Position numbers and translations under genes: made by a program | Origin: Verrucomicrobiota bacterium | GTDB taxonomy: Bacteria > Verrucomicrobiota > Verrucomicrobiia > Limisphaerales > AAA164-E04 | Assembly (NCBI GenBank): GCA_047947115.1 | Contig: CP170459.1 | Span: 711,467 to 775,466, forward strand | DNA length: 64,000 nt | Reading direction: 5' to 3' | Notes under the pieces: generated by a model | What the model was told of the DNA's origin: nothing | What the model saw: the letters and a program-made list of their open reading frames with translations, nothing else | Database searches by the model: none | In this document: positions 29,597 through 39,692 of the stretch, piece after piece | Layout: each line of letters opens with the position of its first letter | Numbering within the stretch: the first letter of the stretch is position 1

Positions 29597-29625
29597 ATCG
29601 AACAGTTTAGATTAATGGAAAAATT
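29597..29625 (-). other. attI site (R core GTTCGAT at 29603-29597)
   Basis: GTT core 6 bp before the first cassette start, complementary to R'' of attC1 (GTCGAAC); lies between array and divergent intI; no attC hairpin here. Confidence 0.75.
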
Positions 29626-29713
29626 TCCATGTTAAATTCCCTTATAGGTGGATGATTTTCCACTTATTGTGATATCTGGGGTGGAAATATGGAAAGTTTT
29701 CCATGTGTGATAT

Positions 29714-30757
29714 TTGGTTGACGTTATTTCCATTAATCCAGATATTAGGTTTCGAAAAGTGGAAAGCAAGGCCAAATTCATTCCAAATCCGAAGAAGCGC
29801 CTGATGGATCAGGTGCGGGAGGTGTTGCGGTATCATCATTATGCCTATCGTACGGAACAGATTTATTGCCAATGGATTGTAAGGTTCGTCAAGTTCTACG
29901 AAAGCAAGCGGCATCCCAGAGAAATGGGCGCTCCCGAGGTGCAGGCTTTCTTGTCTCATCTGGCCAGCGATCGGGATGTGGCGGCTTCGACTCAAAAACA
30001 GGCGCTGAATGCGCTGGTTTTTCTCTATCGTCATGTGCTGGATCAACCGCTGGCCCAAGGTATGGATCCCAGGAAAGCGAGCAGAGGCATGCGTCCTCCA
30101 ACGGTATTGACGGAAGAGGAAGTGTCTCGACTTCTGGACGCCATGGAAGGCGTTCATCGTTTGATGGCTCAGTTGATGTATGGTTCGGGACTGCGGTTGA
30201 TGGAGTGCATTCGGCTACGCGTTAAGGATCTGGACTTTGGGCAGGGACAGATCTTTGTGCGTGATGGCAAAGGGGGCAAGGATCGGGTCACGATTTTGCC
30301 CACGCAACTGCATCACTCGTTGAAGGCGCAACTTGAAAAAGTCAGCGCGCTGCATCGTCAGGATTTATCGGAAGGCGCGGGTGAAGTGTATCTGCCGTTG
30401 GCATTGGATCGAAAGTATCCAAATGCCGGAAAGTCTTTTGAGTGGCAGTATGCTTTTCCCGCCAGGAAACGCTCTATTGATCCAAGGTCCGGAAAGGAGC
30501 GTCGTCATCATGTCATGGAGAATGGATTGCAAAAAGCGGTCAAGCGCGCCGCGCTGGCAACAGCGATCCCCAAGCGCATCAGCACGCATACGTTGCGTCA
30601 TAGTTTCGCGACCCACATGTTGGAACATGGCATCCACATTAGGGCTTTACAGGAACTGATGGGGCATGCGGATGTGAAAACGACCGAGATCTACACCCAT
30701 GTCATGAAAAAGGATATCAAACAGTGGATCAGTCCGCTGGATCGTATCATGGGGTGA
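29714..30757 (+). CDS. intI: Integron integrase IntI (start possibly GTG 29759)
   Basis: YAYRTEQIY, ASTQKQALNALVFLY, LMYGSGLRLME, VRDGKGGKDR, IntI-specific insert (VYLPLALDRKYP...WQYAFP...RRHH), HTLRHSFATH, LMGHADVKTTEIYTHV. Confidence 0.95.
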   Translation: MVDVISINPDIRFRKVESKAKFIPNPKKRLMDQVREVLRYHHYAYRTEQIYCQWIVRFVKFYESKRHPREMGAPEVQAFLSHLASDRDVAASTQKQALNALVFLYRHVLDQPLAQGMDPRKASRGMRPPTVLTEEEVSRLLDAMEGVHRLMAQLMYGSGLRLMECIRLRVKDLDFGQGQIFVRDGKGGKDRVTILPTQLHHSLKAQLEKVSALHRQDLSEGAGEVYLPLALDRKYPNAGKSFEWQYAFPARKRSIDPRSGKERRHHVMENGLQKAVKRAALATAIPKRISTHTLRHSFATHMLEHGIHIRALQELMGHADVKTTEIYTHVMKKDIKQWISPLDRIMG

Positions 30758-31120
30758 TTTTTTGACAGGATGAACGGGATAAACAGGATCAGGTGTGGGT
30801 TTTTGATCGATCAGGGGTTCCCTTTGGATACGTGTTTGGATTTCGTACACCATCAGGTGCGTGACTTCGCGTCATTGCGATAAAAATTGTAACGAGATGA
30901 TCTGGGGCGTGGGAGGTCGGTAGTTTTTTGGGGTTTCCTTCGTGGGTGGGCAGCCATGTTTGGATACCAAAAGGCACGGGGCAGGGACGCCCTGATCTAT
31001 TTGTTCAGCATGACTAATCCAGCGGAGCGTAAGGACATATTTAATAAGCATACCTAATTTATCTCACAAGTTACTGGAATTATTGATGGGAAATGTGTGC
31101 GGGTTTTATTGACAGCTTGA

Positions 31121-32635
<1,515 letters not shown>

Positions 32636-32686
32636 TAGGTGTTGCACCTGGGGTCCTAGTGGCCCCAAACCACTTAAGGTCCGTTT

Positions 32687-33100
32687 ATGGCTGATACATT
32701 GAGACTCGAAATCGTCACTCCCGAGGATAGGATTTACTCGGAGGAAGTGGACATGGTGACACTTCCCGGGCAGGAAGGCCAGATGGGGGTTTTCCCGAAG
32801 CACGTTCCTTTGATGACCCAGGTTTCCGCTGGTGAGATCGTGGCAAAGAAAGGTGCCGAGGAGCAATACCTGGCGGTTGGTGAAGGGTTTGTTCAGATCA
32901 TGCCTGACAAGGTATCCGTATTGACGGATATGGCAATCACCGAAGAGAACATCGACGAAGCAAAGGCAGAGGAAGCTCGCAAGCGGGCGGAAGACCGGCT
33001 TCAGGAAAAGCTCTCGGACGAGGAAATGGCCACTGTCAAAGCAGCCCTTGCTCACTCCCTGGCACAGTTGCATGTCAAGCGACGCCGCCGGAACATGTAG
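32687..33100 (+). CDS. atpC: F1 ATP synthase epsilon subunit
   Basis: LEIVTPE...LPGQEGQMGVFPKHVPL...AEEARKRAE. Confidence 0.95.
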   Translation: MADTLRLEIVTPEDRIYSEEVDMVTLPGQEGQMGVFPKHVPLMTQVSAGEIVAKKGAEEQYLAVGEGFVQIMPDKVSVLTDMAITEENIDEAKAEEARKRAEDRLQEKLSDEEMATVKAALAHSLAQLHVKRRRRNM

Positions 33101-33123
33101 GCGAATCTTGCCATCAAGTTTTT

Positions 33124-33152
33124 AAGTCCCGGTTTTCACCGGGACTTTTTTT
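33124..33152 (+). terminator. Rho-independent terminator after atpC
   Basis: AAGTCCCGG-TTTTCA-CCGGGACTT followed by T run. Confidence 0.85.
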
Positions 33153-33156
33153 GTCC

Positions 33157-33726
33157 TCATACATTAAGTTTGAGAAAATTTCCAAGCATCTTTTTTCCAT
33201 GTTCGGTCAGGATGCTTTCCGGGTGGAACTGAACGCCCCAGACAGGCAGGGTCTTGTGTCGCATGCCCATGATCTCGCCTTCTTCGGTTTCAGCGGTTAC
33301 TTCAAAACAATCGGGCAATGTTTCCCTTCTGGCTACCAGAGAATGATAACGTGTGGCATTGAACGGACTGGGGATACCCTCAAACAGGTCTTTGCCGTTG
33401 TGATGGATAGGGGATGTTTTGCCATGCATCAGCCGGTAATTGACGATGATTTCCGCTCCAAAGCTGTAGGCTATGCATTGATGCCCCAGACAAACTCCCA
33501 GCAAGGGAACTTTACCGGCGTAAGCTTTGATGATTTCGTTGGAAAGACCCGCCTCTTTCGGAGAACAAGGCCCGGGAGAAATCAAAATGCGATCAGGACA
33601 CTTGGCAGCGATCTCATCCAATGAAATCTGATCGTTGCGGTGCACTTCCATGTCCACGTTCATCTCACCCAGGTATTGCACCAGGTTGTAGGTAAACGAA
33701 TCGTAATTGTCGATAACCAGCATCAT
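33157..33726 (-). CDS. trpG: Anthranilate/ADC synthase glutamine amidotransferase component II
   Basis: [36 protein letters not shown]. Confidence 0.9.
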   Translation of the reverse strand: MMLVIDNYDSFTYNLVQYLGEMNVDMEVHRNDQISLDEIAAKCPDRILISPGPCSPKEAGLSNEIIKAYAGKVPLLGVCLGHQCIAYSFGAEIIVNYRLMHGKTSPIHHNGKDLFEGIPSPFNATRYHSLVARRETLPDCFEVTAETEEGEIMGMRHKTLPVWGVQFHPESILTEHGKKMLGNFLKLNV

Positions 33727-33888
33727 AAGACCTTCCACCCCTCTCAACGAACACATCCCGTCGTAGAGGCCATGCCAGCTTAATAAGTCACGTTCATAGT
33801 TCGCAATGGTTTTTATTGGTCGGTCGGATTTTAAGAAAGGATTCCCCCTGAATTAAATTGCAGTCCAACCTCACAAATTCATAGAATC

Positions 33889-35316
33889 ATGAACGATCCA
33901 CGCAACCTGAATTCTTACCAGGGAACGCCTGAGCCCGAGCGTCCATTCATCTGGATGCACATACGAATGAATATCAAAGAAACATTCACGCGCTTGCTGA
34001 ATCGCTTGTTTGGTGGAAATATTTTTCCACTGGACGACCGGGATCGGTTGGTCTTGATGAAGGAATTCAAGCGACGTCTGATCCCCGTTTCGATCTGTTT
34101 GTTGATCGTCTATTTCATCCTTTCGTTCCTTCACCCCTTTGCGATCAAAAATAACCAGACTGCGATCTGGTTGTCATGGACCAGTTTTGTTTCCACATTG
34201 TGCTTTGGTGTTCTGACATTGACGTCCAAACGCATTCGACCCGCCCCCGCCCCCACCTTTCTTGTCGGCTTCGGTATCGCCTTGGTACTGTGCACCAATT
34301 CCGGTCTGCATCTTTACCTGACGCGGGAAGCTATTCAATCGACCAACTTCATGCTGGTCATACTCGGGCTTGCTTTTGCGGTCACTGTCTGGAGTCATTA
34401 CCTGAGCTTCTTGGTTTTGATATGGGTGATCTGGGCGGCAGCAGGCCCCTTGGCGTTTGATGATCCAAACTGGTTTCATTTTGTCATCATGCTGAGCATG
34501 GGAACCATGGTTTCGACCCTGACTTTCCACATGAGCACCCACAAGTTGGTATCCGACGCCCGCACTGAACACACGCTGGCAGTGGCAAAGGAGCTGGCAG
34601 AATCCGCAAACAGGGCGAAGAGCCATTTTCTGTCCAGAGTCAGTCATGAGCTCAGAACCCCACTGAACAGCATCATTGGCTTCTCCTCGATTCTGGAACT
34701 TGAAGACCTCCATGCCGAACATCGTTCACATATTGGTTTGATACGTAAATCAGGCGAACATTTGCTGAAACTGATCAACGAAGTGCTGGATCTTTCGAAT
34801 ATAGATATTGGTGAAATGTCCATCTCAAAAGAGCAGGTTCAGATCGTTTCACTGGTGGAAGAAATCTCAGGTATGATCCAACCCATTGCTCAGAAGCACC
34901 GCGTCTCGATTCGATCCAGCTTTCGATGCAGCGATCACCAGGAGGTCGTTGGCGATCAACGCCGCATCAGTCAAATATGCTTCAATTTGGCCACCAATGG
35001 CATCAAGCACAACAAGGAGGGAGGGACTCTGGAAATAAGTATTTCTGACGAGGTGGAAGGCACTGTCCGAATCAACTTTACCGACACCGGCATTGGGATT
35101 CCTGCCAACAAAATGCATCGCCTCTTCATTCCGTTCGATCGATTGGACATCGAGCAATCCACTTTGAACATCGAAGGGACCGGGCTAGGACTCGCCTTAT
35201 GCGAAAAGCTCGCAACGGAAATGGGAGGAACAATCGAAGCGAAAAGTGAAGAAGGGCAAGGTTCGACCTTTACGGTGACCTTGAAGGCTTGTCCTGCCCC
35301 GGAACTGGCCACCTGA
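33889..35316 (+). CDS. Membrane sensor histidine kinase (about 6 TM, HisKA + HATPase, no receiver)
   Basis: FLSRVSHELRTPLNSI, NLATNGIKHN, DTGIGI, GTGLGL, GSTF. Confidence 0.9.
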   Translation: MNDPRNLNSYQGTPEPERPFIWMHIRMNIKETFTRLLNRLFGGNIFPLDDRDRLVLMKEFKRRLIPVSICLLIVYFILSFLHPFAIKNNQTAIWLSWTSFVSTLCFGVLTLTSKRIRPAPAPTFLVGFGIALVLCTNSGLHLYLTREAIQSTNFMLVILGLAFAVTVWSHYLSFLVLIWVIWAAAGPLAFDDPNWFHFVIMLSMGTMVSTLTFHMSTHKLVSDARTEHTLAVAKELAESANRAKSHFLSRVSHELRTPLNSIIGFSSILELEDLHAEHRSHIGLIRKSGEHLLKLINEVLDLSNIDIGEMSISKEQVQIVSLVEEISGMIQPIAQKHRVSIRSSFRCSDHQEVVGDQRRISQICFNLATNGIKHNKEGGTLEISISDEVEGTVRINFTDTGIGIPANKMHRLFIPFDRLDIEQSTLNIEGTGLGLALCEKLATEMGGTIEAKSEEGQGSTFTVTLKACPAPELAT

Positions 35317-35318
35317 CG

Positions 35319-36740
35319 TCAACGCTCCCGGTTGCGCCACTGACGATGAAGCGCATCCAGTTCGGTTTTCTGCCCACCATCACCCTGATTCCGCATCCAA
35401 TCATCCAGTGCCTTGGACAGTTGGATTTTGACGGATTGAAATTCAGGATGGTCTGAAAGATTCTCCAGATTCCATGGATCGTTTTCAGAATCATACAACT
35501 CTTCCGCCGGTCGGTGCTGGAATCGATATACCACTTTTTGAGCATGATTGGAACCTCCCTCGGCTTTTGTCATCCAGGACTGCCACCATCCACTGTTCAT
35601 CATGGTGTTTTGAAAAGCAGACTCAGGGGTCAGATTGCGAATATAGCGAAAACGATCGGATCTCACAGAACGTATCCCATAATAATCGGAACCTTGATTG
35701 ATGCCCCGAGTGGTTTGTAATCCAAAACTGTATTGCTTGTGCTGATCTGTCCACCCCCTCAACACCGGAACAAAAGACTGGCCATCCAGCACATGTGGCA
35801 GGGGTAATCCGGCAGCCTGAAGAAAGGTCGGCACCACGTCGACATATTCCACCATGGCATCCGTTCGAGTGCCGGGCTTGACCCTGCCCGGCCATCGAAC
35901 GATCATACCGCTCTGCAACCCCTTGTCATAACAGGTCCATTTCGCAAACGGAAACGAATTACCCTGCTCGCTCACCACCATGACCAGCGTGTTGCCCTCA
36001 AGTCCGTGTTTTTTCAACAAGTCCAGACACTGCCCGACCTGCCCGTCAAAATAAGTCACCTCTGCCAAATAATTCGAAAACGCCTTCCGGACCTCGGGCG
36101 TATCGACGAAGTGAGGGGGCAATTCCAATTGATCGGGCGGATACGCTGAGGCGTCCCCCTTGTTATGAGGCGTGTGCGGTTCGTTGGAGCAGGCAAACAA
36201 CGCTACAGGTTGTCCGGTATCGGCGGCATCTTTAAAAAGCGCGTCAATGGCATCCATATCAGGATTCCCCCCTCCTCCCCCTTTCGCTTTGGAGTATTCG
36301 AAGGGAAACGATTCAGGAGGATTGATGTGTGTCTTACCGCTTAGGGCCACGCGGTAGCCACCTTCCTTCAGGTAATGGGCAATGCTGCGGGTGCCGGGTT
36401 TGACGAAGGTGTGGTTGGGGTGTGCTCCGGACTTGACCGGATAGATGCCGGTATAGAGACAATGCCGGGTGGGCGAACACATGGGAGCAGCCTGAAAACA
36501 ACGGGAAAACATCACCCCTTCCCTGGCGAGTTGACTCAGATGAGGCGTGGCTGCCTGACCGCCATAAACGCCCAGATCGGTGTAAGTACAATCATCGGCG
36601 ATGATGAATAGAAAATTGGGTTTGGAGGATGAAGCTTCGACTCTGAATGTAAGCGTTCCGTCCGATGCCATACCTGAAGATATCAAGCAAACCAAGACCC
36701 AATGATATCCGTTCACCCATAGTTTAAAGAAAGCATTCAT
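35319..36740 (-). CDS. Sulfatase (Cys-type, formylglycine-dependent)
   Basis: FIIADD, CSPTR, GKTH, ELYD. Confidence 0.9.
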   Translation of the reverse strand: MNAFFKLWVNGYHWVLVCLISSGMASDGTLTFRVEASSSKPNFLFIIADDCTYTDLGVYGGQAATPHLSQLAREGVMFSRCFQAAPMCSPTRHCLYTGIYPVKSGAHPNHTFVKPGTRSIAHYLKEGGYRVALSGKTHINPPESFPFEYSKAKGGGGGNPDMDAIDALFKDAADTGQPVALFACSNEPHTPHNKGDASAYPPDQLELPPHFVDTPEVRKAFSNYLAEVTYFDGQVGQCLDLLKKHGLEGNTLVMVVSEQGNSFPFAKWTCYDKGLQSGMIVRWPGRVKPGTRTDAMVEYVDVVPTFLQAAGLPLPHVLDGQSFVPVLRGWTDQHKQYSFGLQTTRGINQGSDYYGIRSVRSDRFRYIRNLTPESAFQNTMMNSGWWQSWMTKAEGGSNHAQKVVYRFQHRPAEELYDSENDPWNLENLSDHPEFQSVKIQLSKALDDWMRNQGDGGQKTELDALHRQWRNRER

Positions 36741-37049
36741 GGAATATCTGGATATTAATATGATCCATGAATTGGGACAATCAGATTCAATTCCATTGTT
36801 CCAGCCCGTAAGAATGGCACGGAACTTGTTTATTTACATCTGAAAGAAACAGTGAGTTGTAACCAGTGATCTGGGGGGGGGGCGCTGTTCAAAGGAGTAT
36901 TGTCATGAGATTTAAATATGCACAACGAAGAGTCCGCCAATTGAAGGGGAATTTGCAGCCGACACAAAGTTCGGTGGTGATCGATTGGCCGACAGCAGAA
37001 CAAAAGGACAGGGCGAATGAAGCCCTTCCCTTATCAAAAATTACTGATC

Positions 37050-38078
37050 TCAAACAGGTTCAACCTGTCGGGAACTGACGGAACGGGCTTCGGCTTCGCA
37101 AATGCGAATGGCGTTCAAACCGTCCTCGGGAGTCACCACACTGGGGCGTTTATTCTCACGGATACAGTCGACGAGGTGTTGAATCTCACCGGCATAACCG
37201 TCCAAACCGTCCATTTTGACCACACGAGCCTCTTTGCCCTCTTCGAAAACCTTCAGAGCTTCATCGCCCCGAACAATGTCATAATCGATCGTAACGCGTT
37301 CAAACACGGCATTATATGCCATGTTGAAGCCAAATCCGGCAGTCATTGCCCAACTGCCTTCAGCGGAGACACAGGCCCCGGATTCGGTGAGGTACTGGGT
37401 GACCACATGATCAGTCTCGCCACTTACTTTGGTAAAACCTGTCGAAAACACCGCCTTGGGAACCCCAAAACAAAACTGAACGAAATCCGTGTCATGAATG
37501 TGAAGATCCAGCAAGGCGCCACCTGATTTCTTGCCATCCAGATAATTCTGCGGGCTCCATCCCGGTGGTTCGGCGATGCGACGGAAACGAACTCCCAGGA
37601 CCTTTCCGTAGGTCTGGTCTTCGATCGCTTTTTTCAAAAAGGTCCATTCCGGCCAGAATCGGAGACACATGGCGGGCATGAAATGGGTCTCAGGGGCCTT
37701 CACCGCCTCCACCAAACGAGCGGCTTCTTCCGAGGTGCGGGTGATGGGTTTCTCGCAAAGGACATGTTTGCCGGCATTGAGTGCGCGAATCGCCAGGTCA
37801 GTATGTGTATCGGTGGGGGAACAGATATCCACGAGCTGGAGTCCGGGGTGCTTCAGGAAAGCATCCACATCCTGATAACCCTTGATCTTTTCCATGTCCA
37901 GTTTGACTGGCTCCTGGTCGCCGACGTTTCCAAACACATCGCTCAGGTCCCCGTCCAATCGCCGTCCGCTCGGGTTGCACACAGCAACGATTTCGACATC
38001 TTCCAGTTTGCGGTAGGCCTTGATATGAGCCACCGACATGAAGCCCAGTCCAATGATACCTGCCTTGACTTTTTCCAT
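37050..38078 (-). CDS. Gfo/Idh/MocA oxidoreductase
   Basis: GIIGLGFM, HVLCEKP, DLHIHD. Confidence 0.9.
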   Translation of the reverse strand: MEKVKAGIIGLGFMSVAHIKAYRKLEDVEIVAVCNPSGRRLDGDLSDVFGNVGDQEPVKLDMEKIKGYQDVDAFLKHPGLQLVDICSPTDTHTDLAIRALNAGKHVLCEKPITRTSEEAARLVEAVKAPETHFMPAMCLRFWPEWTFLKKAIEDQTYGKVLGVRFRRIAEPPGWSPQNYLDGKKSGGALLDLHIHDTDFVQFCFGVPKAVFSTGFTKVSGETDHVVTQYLTESGACVSAEGSWAMTAGFGFNMAYNAVFERVTIDYDIVRGDEALKVFEEGKEARVVKMDGLDGYAGEIQHLVDCIRENKRPSVVTPEDGLNAIRICEAEARSVSSRQVEPV

Positions 38079-38080
38079 GA

Positions 38081-38929
38081 TCAGAATCCTTTTGCGTTCA
38101 ATCCGCAGATATATTTTTTCGCCGCCAGGATATCCTCGACACGCTGTTCCCCGGCTTCGCGTTCGATGGCAAAGACGCCCTCATATCCCAGACCGTCCAA
38201 AGTGCTCAAAAAGGCTTTCCAATCGACCTGCCCTGTTCCGGTCTGCACTTCCTCACCCCATTCTCCGGGTTGGGTCGTGCGGTTGGCATCCTTGATGTGG
38301 CATTGTTTGAGGTAAGGTGCCAGTGTTTTCAGTGCATCGATCGGATCTCCCTTGTCGTAAAGGATCATGTTGGCTGGATCAAAATTCACACCCACGTTCG
38401 GAAGTCCCAGTTGATCGAGAAAATCTTTCAGCGTATCGGCTGTTTCCTGTCCTGTTTCAAATCCTAAATCAAGACCGCGTTCGCCGAAGAGTTCACCGAT
38501 CTGGCGAATGCGGTCCATGAGTTTGGCAAAGGCCGGATCACTGGCTTCATGCGGCAGAAAACCGGCATGGAACGTGATCAATTTCAAGCCCAGCTCCTTG
38601 GCCACAGTAATATTGTCTTTGAAATTGGCCAGATTCTCAGGCCAGGTGGCGTCGGGCACCACTCCGCCGGTCTCCTTGATGGATTCCATGGTGGTGTAAT
38701 CTTCACCCACGGTGACCATCATGCCAGATGCCTGGGAAATCCCGGCGTCCCGGCACAGGTCCGCATACTTGCCCCACACATCGGGCTGTTCACGCAACGG
38801 GTCGAGAGCGATCTGCACACTGGGAATACCAATGTTTTTAAGGTGCCCGAGCAATGCTTCGGGACTCTCAGGCTGAAGGGACCAACTGCAAACGGCAAGA
38901 CGGTCCTGAATGGATTCGGAAGAACTCAT
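38081..38929 (-). CDS. Sugar phosphate isomerase/epimerase (xylose isomerase-like TIM barrel)
   Basis: FETGQE, VNFDPAN, CHIKD, AIERE. Confidence 0.85.
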   Translation of the reverse strand: MSSSESIQDRLAVCSWSLQPESPEALLGHLKNIGIPSVQIALDPLREQPDVWGKYADLCRDAGISQASGMMVTVGEDYTTMESIKETGGVVPDATWPENLANFKDNITVAKELGLKLITFHAGFLPHEASDPAFAKLMDRIRQIGELFGERGLDLGFETGQETADTLKDFLDQLGLPNVGVNFDPANMILYDKGDPIDALKTLAPYLKQCHIKDANRTTQPGEWGEEVQTGTGQVDWKAFLSTLDGLGYEGVFAIEREAGEQRVEDILAAKKYICGLNAKGF

Positions 38930-38949
38930 GTCGACAAAAAAGGGGGGGA

Positions 38950-39522
38950 TTAGTTGCCTTGTGCAGCGTTGAGTGAACCCAATACCTGATCAGTGAGATC
39001 ATTGGAATTGTCTGTATAGAGAACGATCGGGGTTTCCGTTCGAGCCTCTGCCGCAGTATCCAGAACCATGGAAATATTGTTGGACTTCGCGAGCTGGGCG
39101 ATTTTCTCACGGATGTCGCGAATAATGTTTTTCTTCATCCGTTCCTGAGTTTCACGGATCTGTGTGGCAGTCGTTTTATCATAATCGTTGATGTCCGCCT
39201 CAAGTGTGCGAATCTCTATTAATTTGGCATCCGCATCCTTGTTACGCCTCTCCTTTTCAGCGTTGGAAATACCTGGGTCGGCGGCTCCTTCACGCAAACT
39301 GCCATACGCCTTGTTCAATTCCTGATACTGTTGAACCAGCTTATCACGTTGCGTTTTGTATTCCTTACCCTGGTTTTCCAGGTTCTGCGAAATCAGCTTG
39401 GTTTTATAATAATTGTCGAAGACTTTCTGCAGATCAATGGTTGCGATCTTGCCCTGGGCAGATGCCAGGGGTGCCGTGAAAAGCCCGAGTAACAGGGCCA
39501 ATGCTGCAATGGTGTTTTTCAT
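38950..39522 (-). CDS. skp: OmpH/Skp periplasmic chaperone
   Basis: Signal peptide, KIATIDLQKVF, coiled coil, DLTDQVL; follows bamA. Confidence 0.85.
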   Translation of the reverse strand: MKNTIAALALLLGLFTAPLASAQGKIATIDLQKVFDNYYKTKLISQNLENQGKEYKTQRDKLVQQYQELNKAYGSLREGAADPGISNAEKERRNKDADAKLIEIRTLEADINDYDKTTATQIRETQERMKKNIIRDIREKIAQLAKSNNISMVLDTAAEARTETPIVLYTDNSNDLTDQVLGSLNAAQGN

Positions 39523-39692
39523 CTCTATTTCTATTTGTGTTTGTGTGAATTAAAATGAGGACAGCTGACGCTATCCTTCTTTGGACGCTTCCAACGGATC
39601 AATTACTCAAGTTTGAAGGCCAAAAATTTGCCCCAGGGAGACGAGCGAAAGAACTCAGCCCTCCCTGCGAGTATCCCGTGTGAAGTTCCGGA

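Noticed and set aside
30758-30800. GACAGGAT-like short repeats after intI, and a CACAAA...TTTGTG palindrome near 5049-5107
   Set aside because: Resemble short dispersed repeats but occur once each here, too little to define an element.
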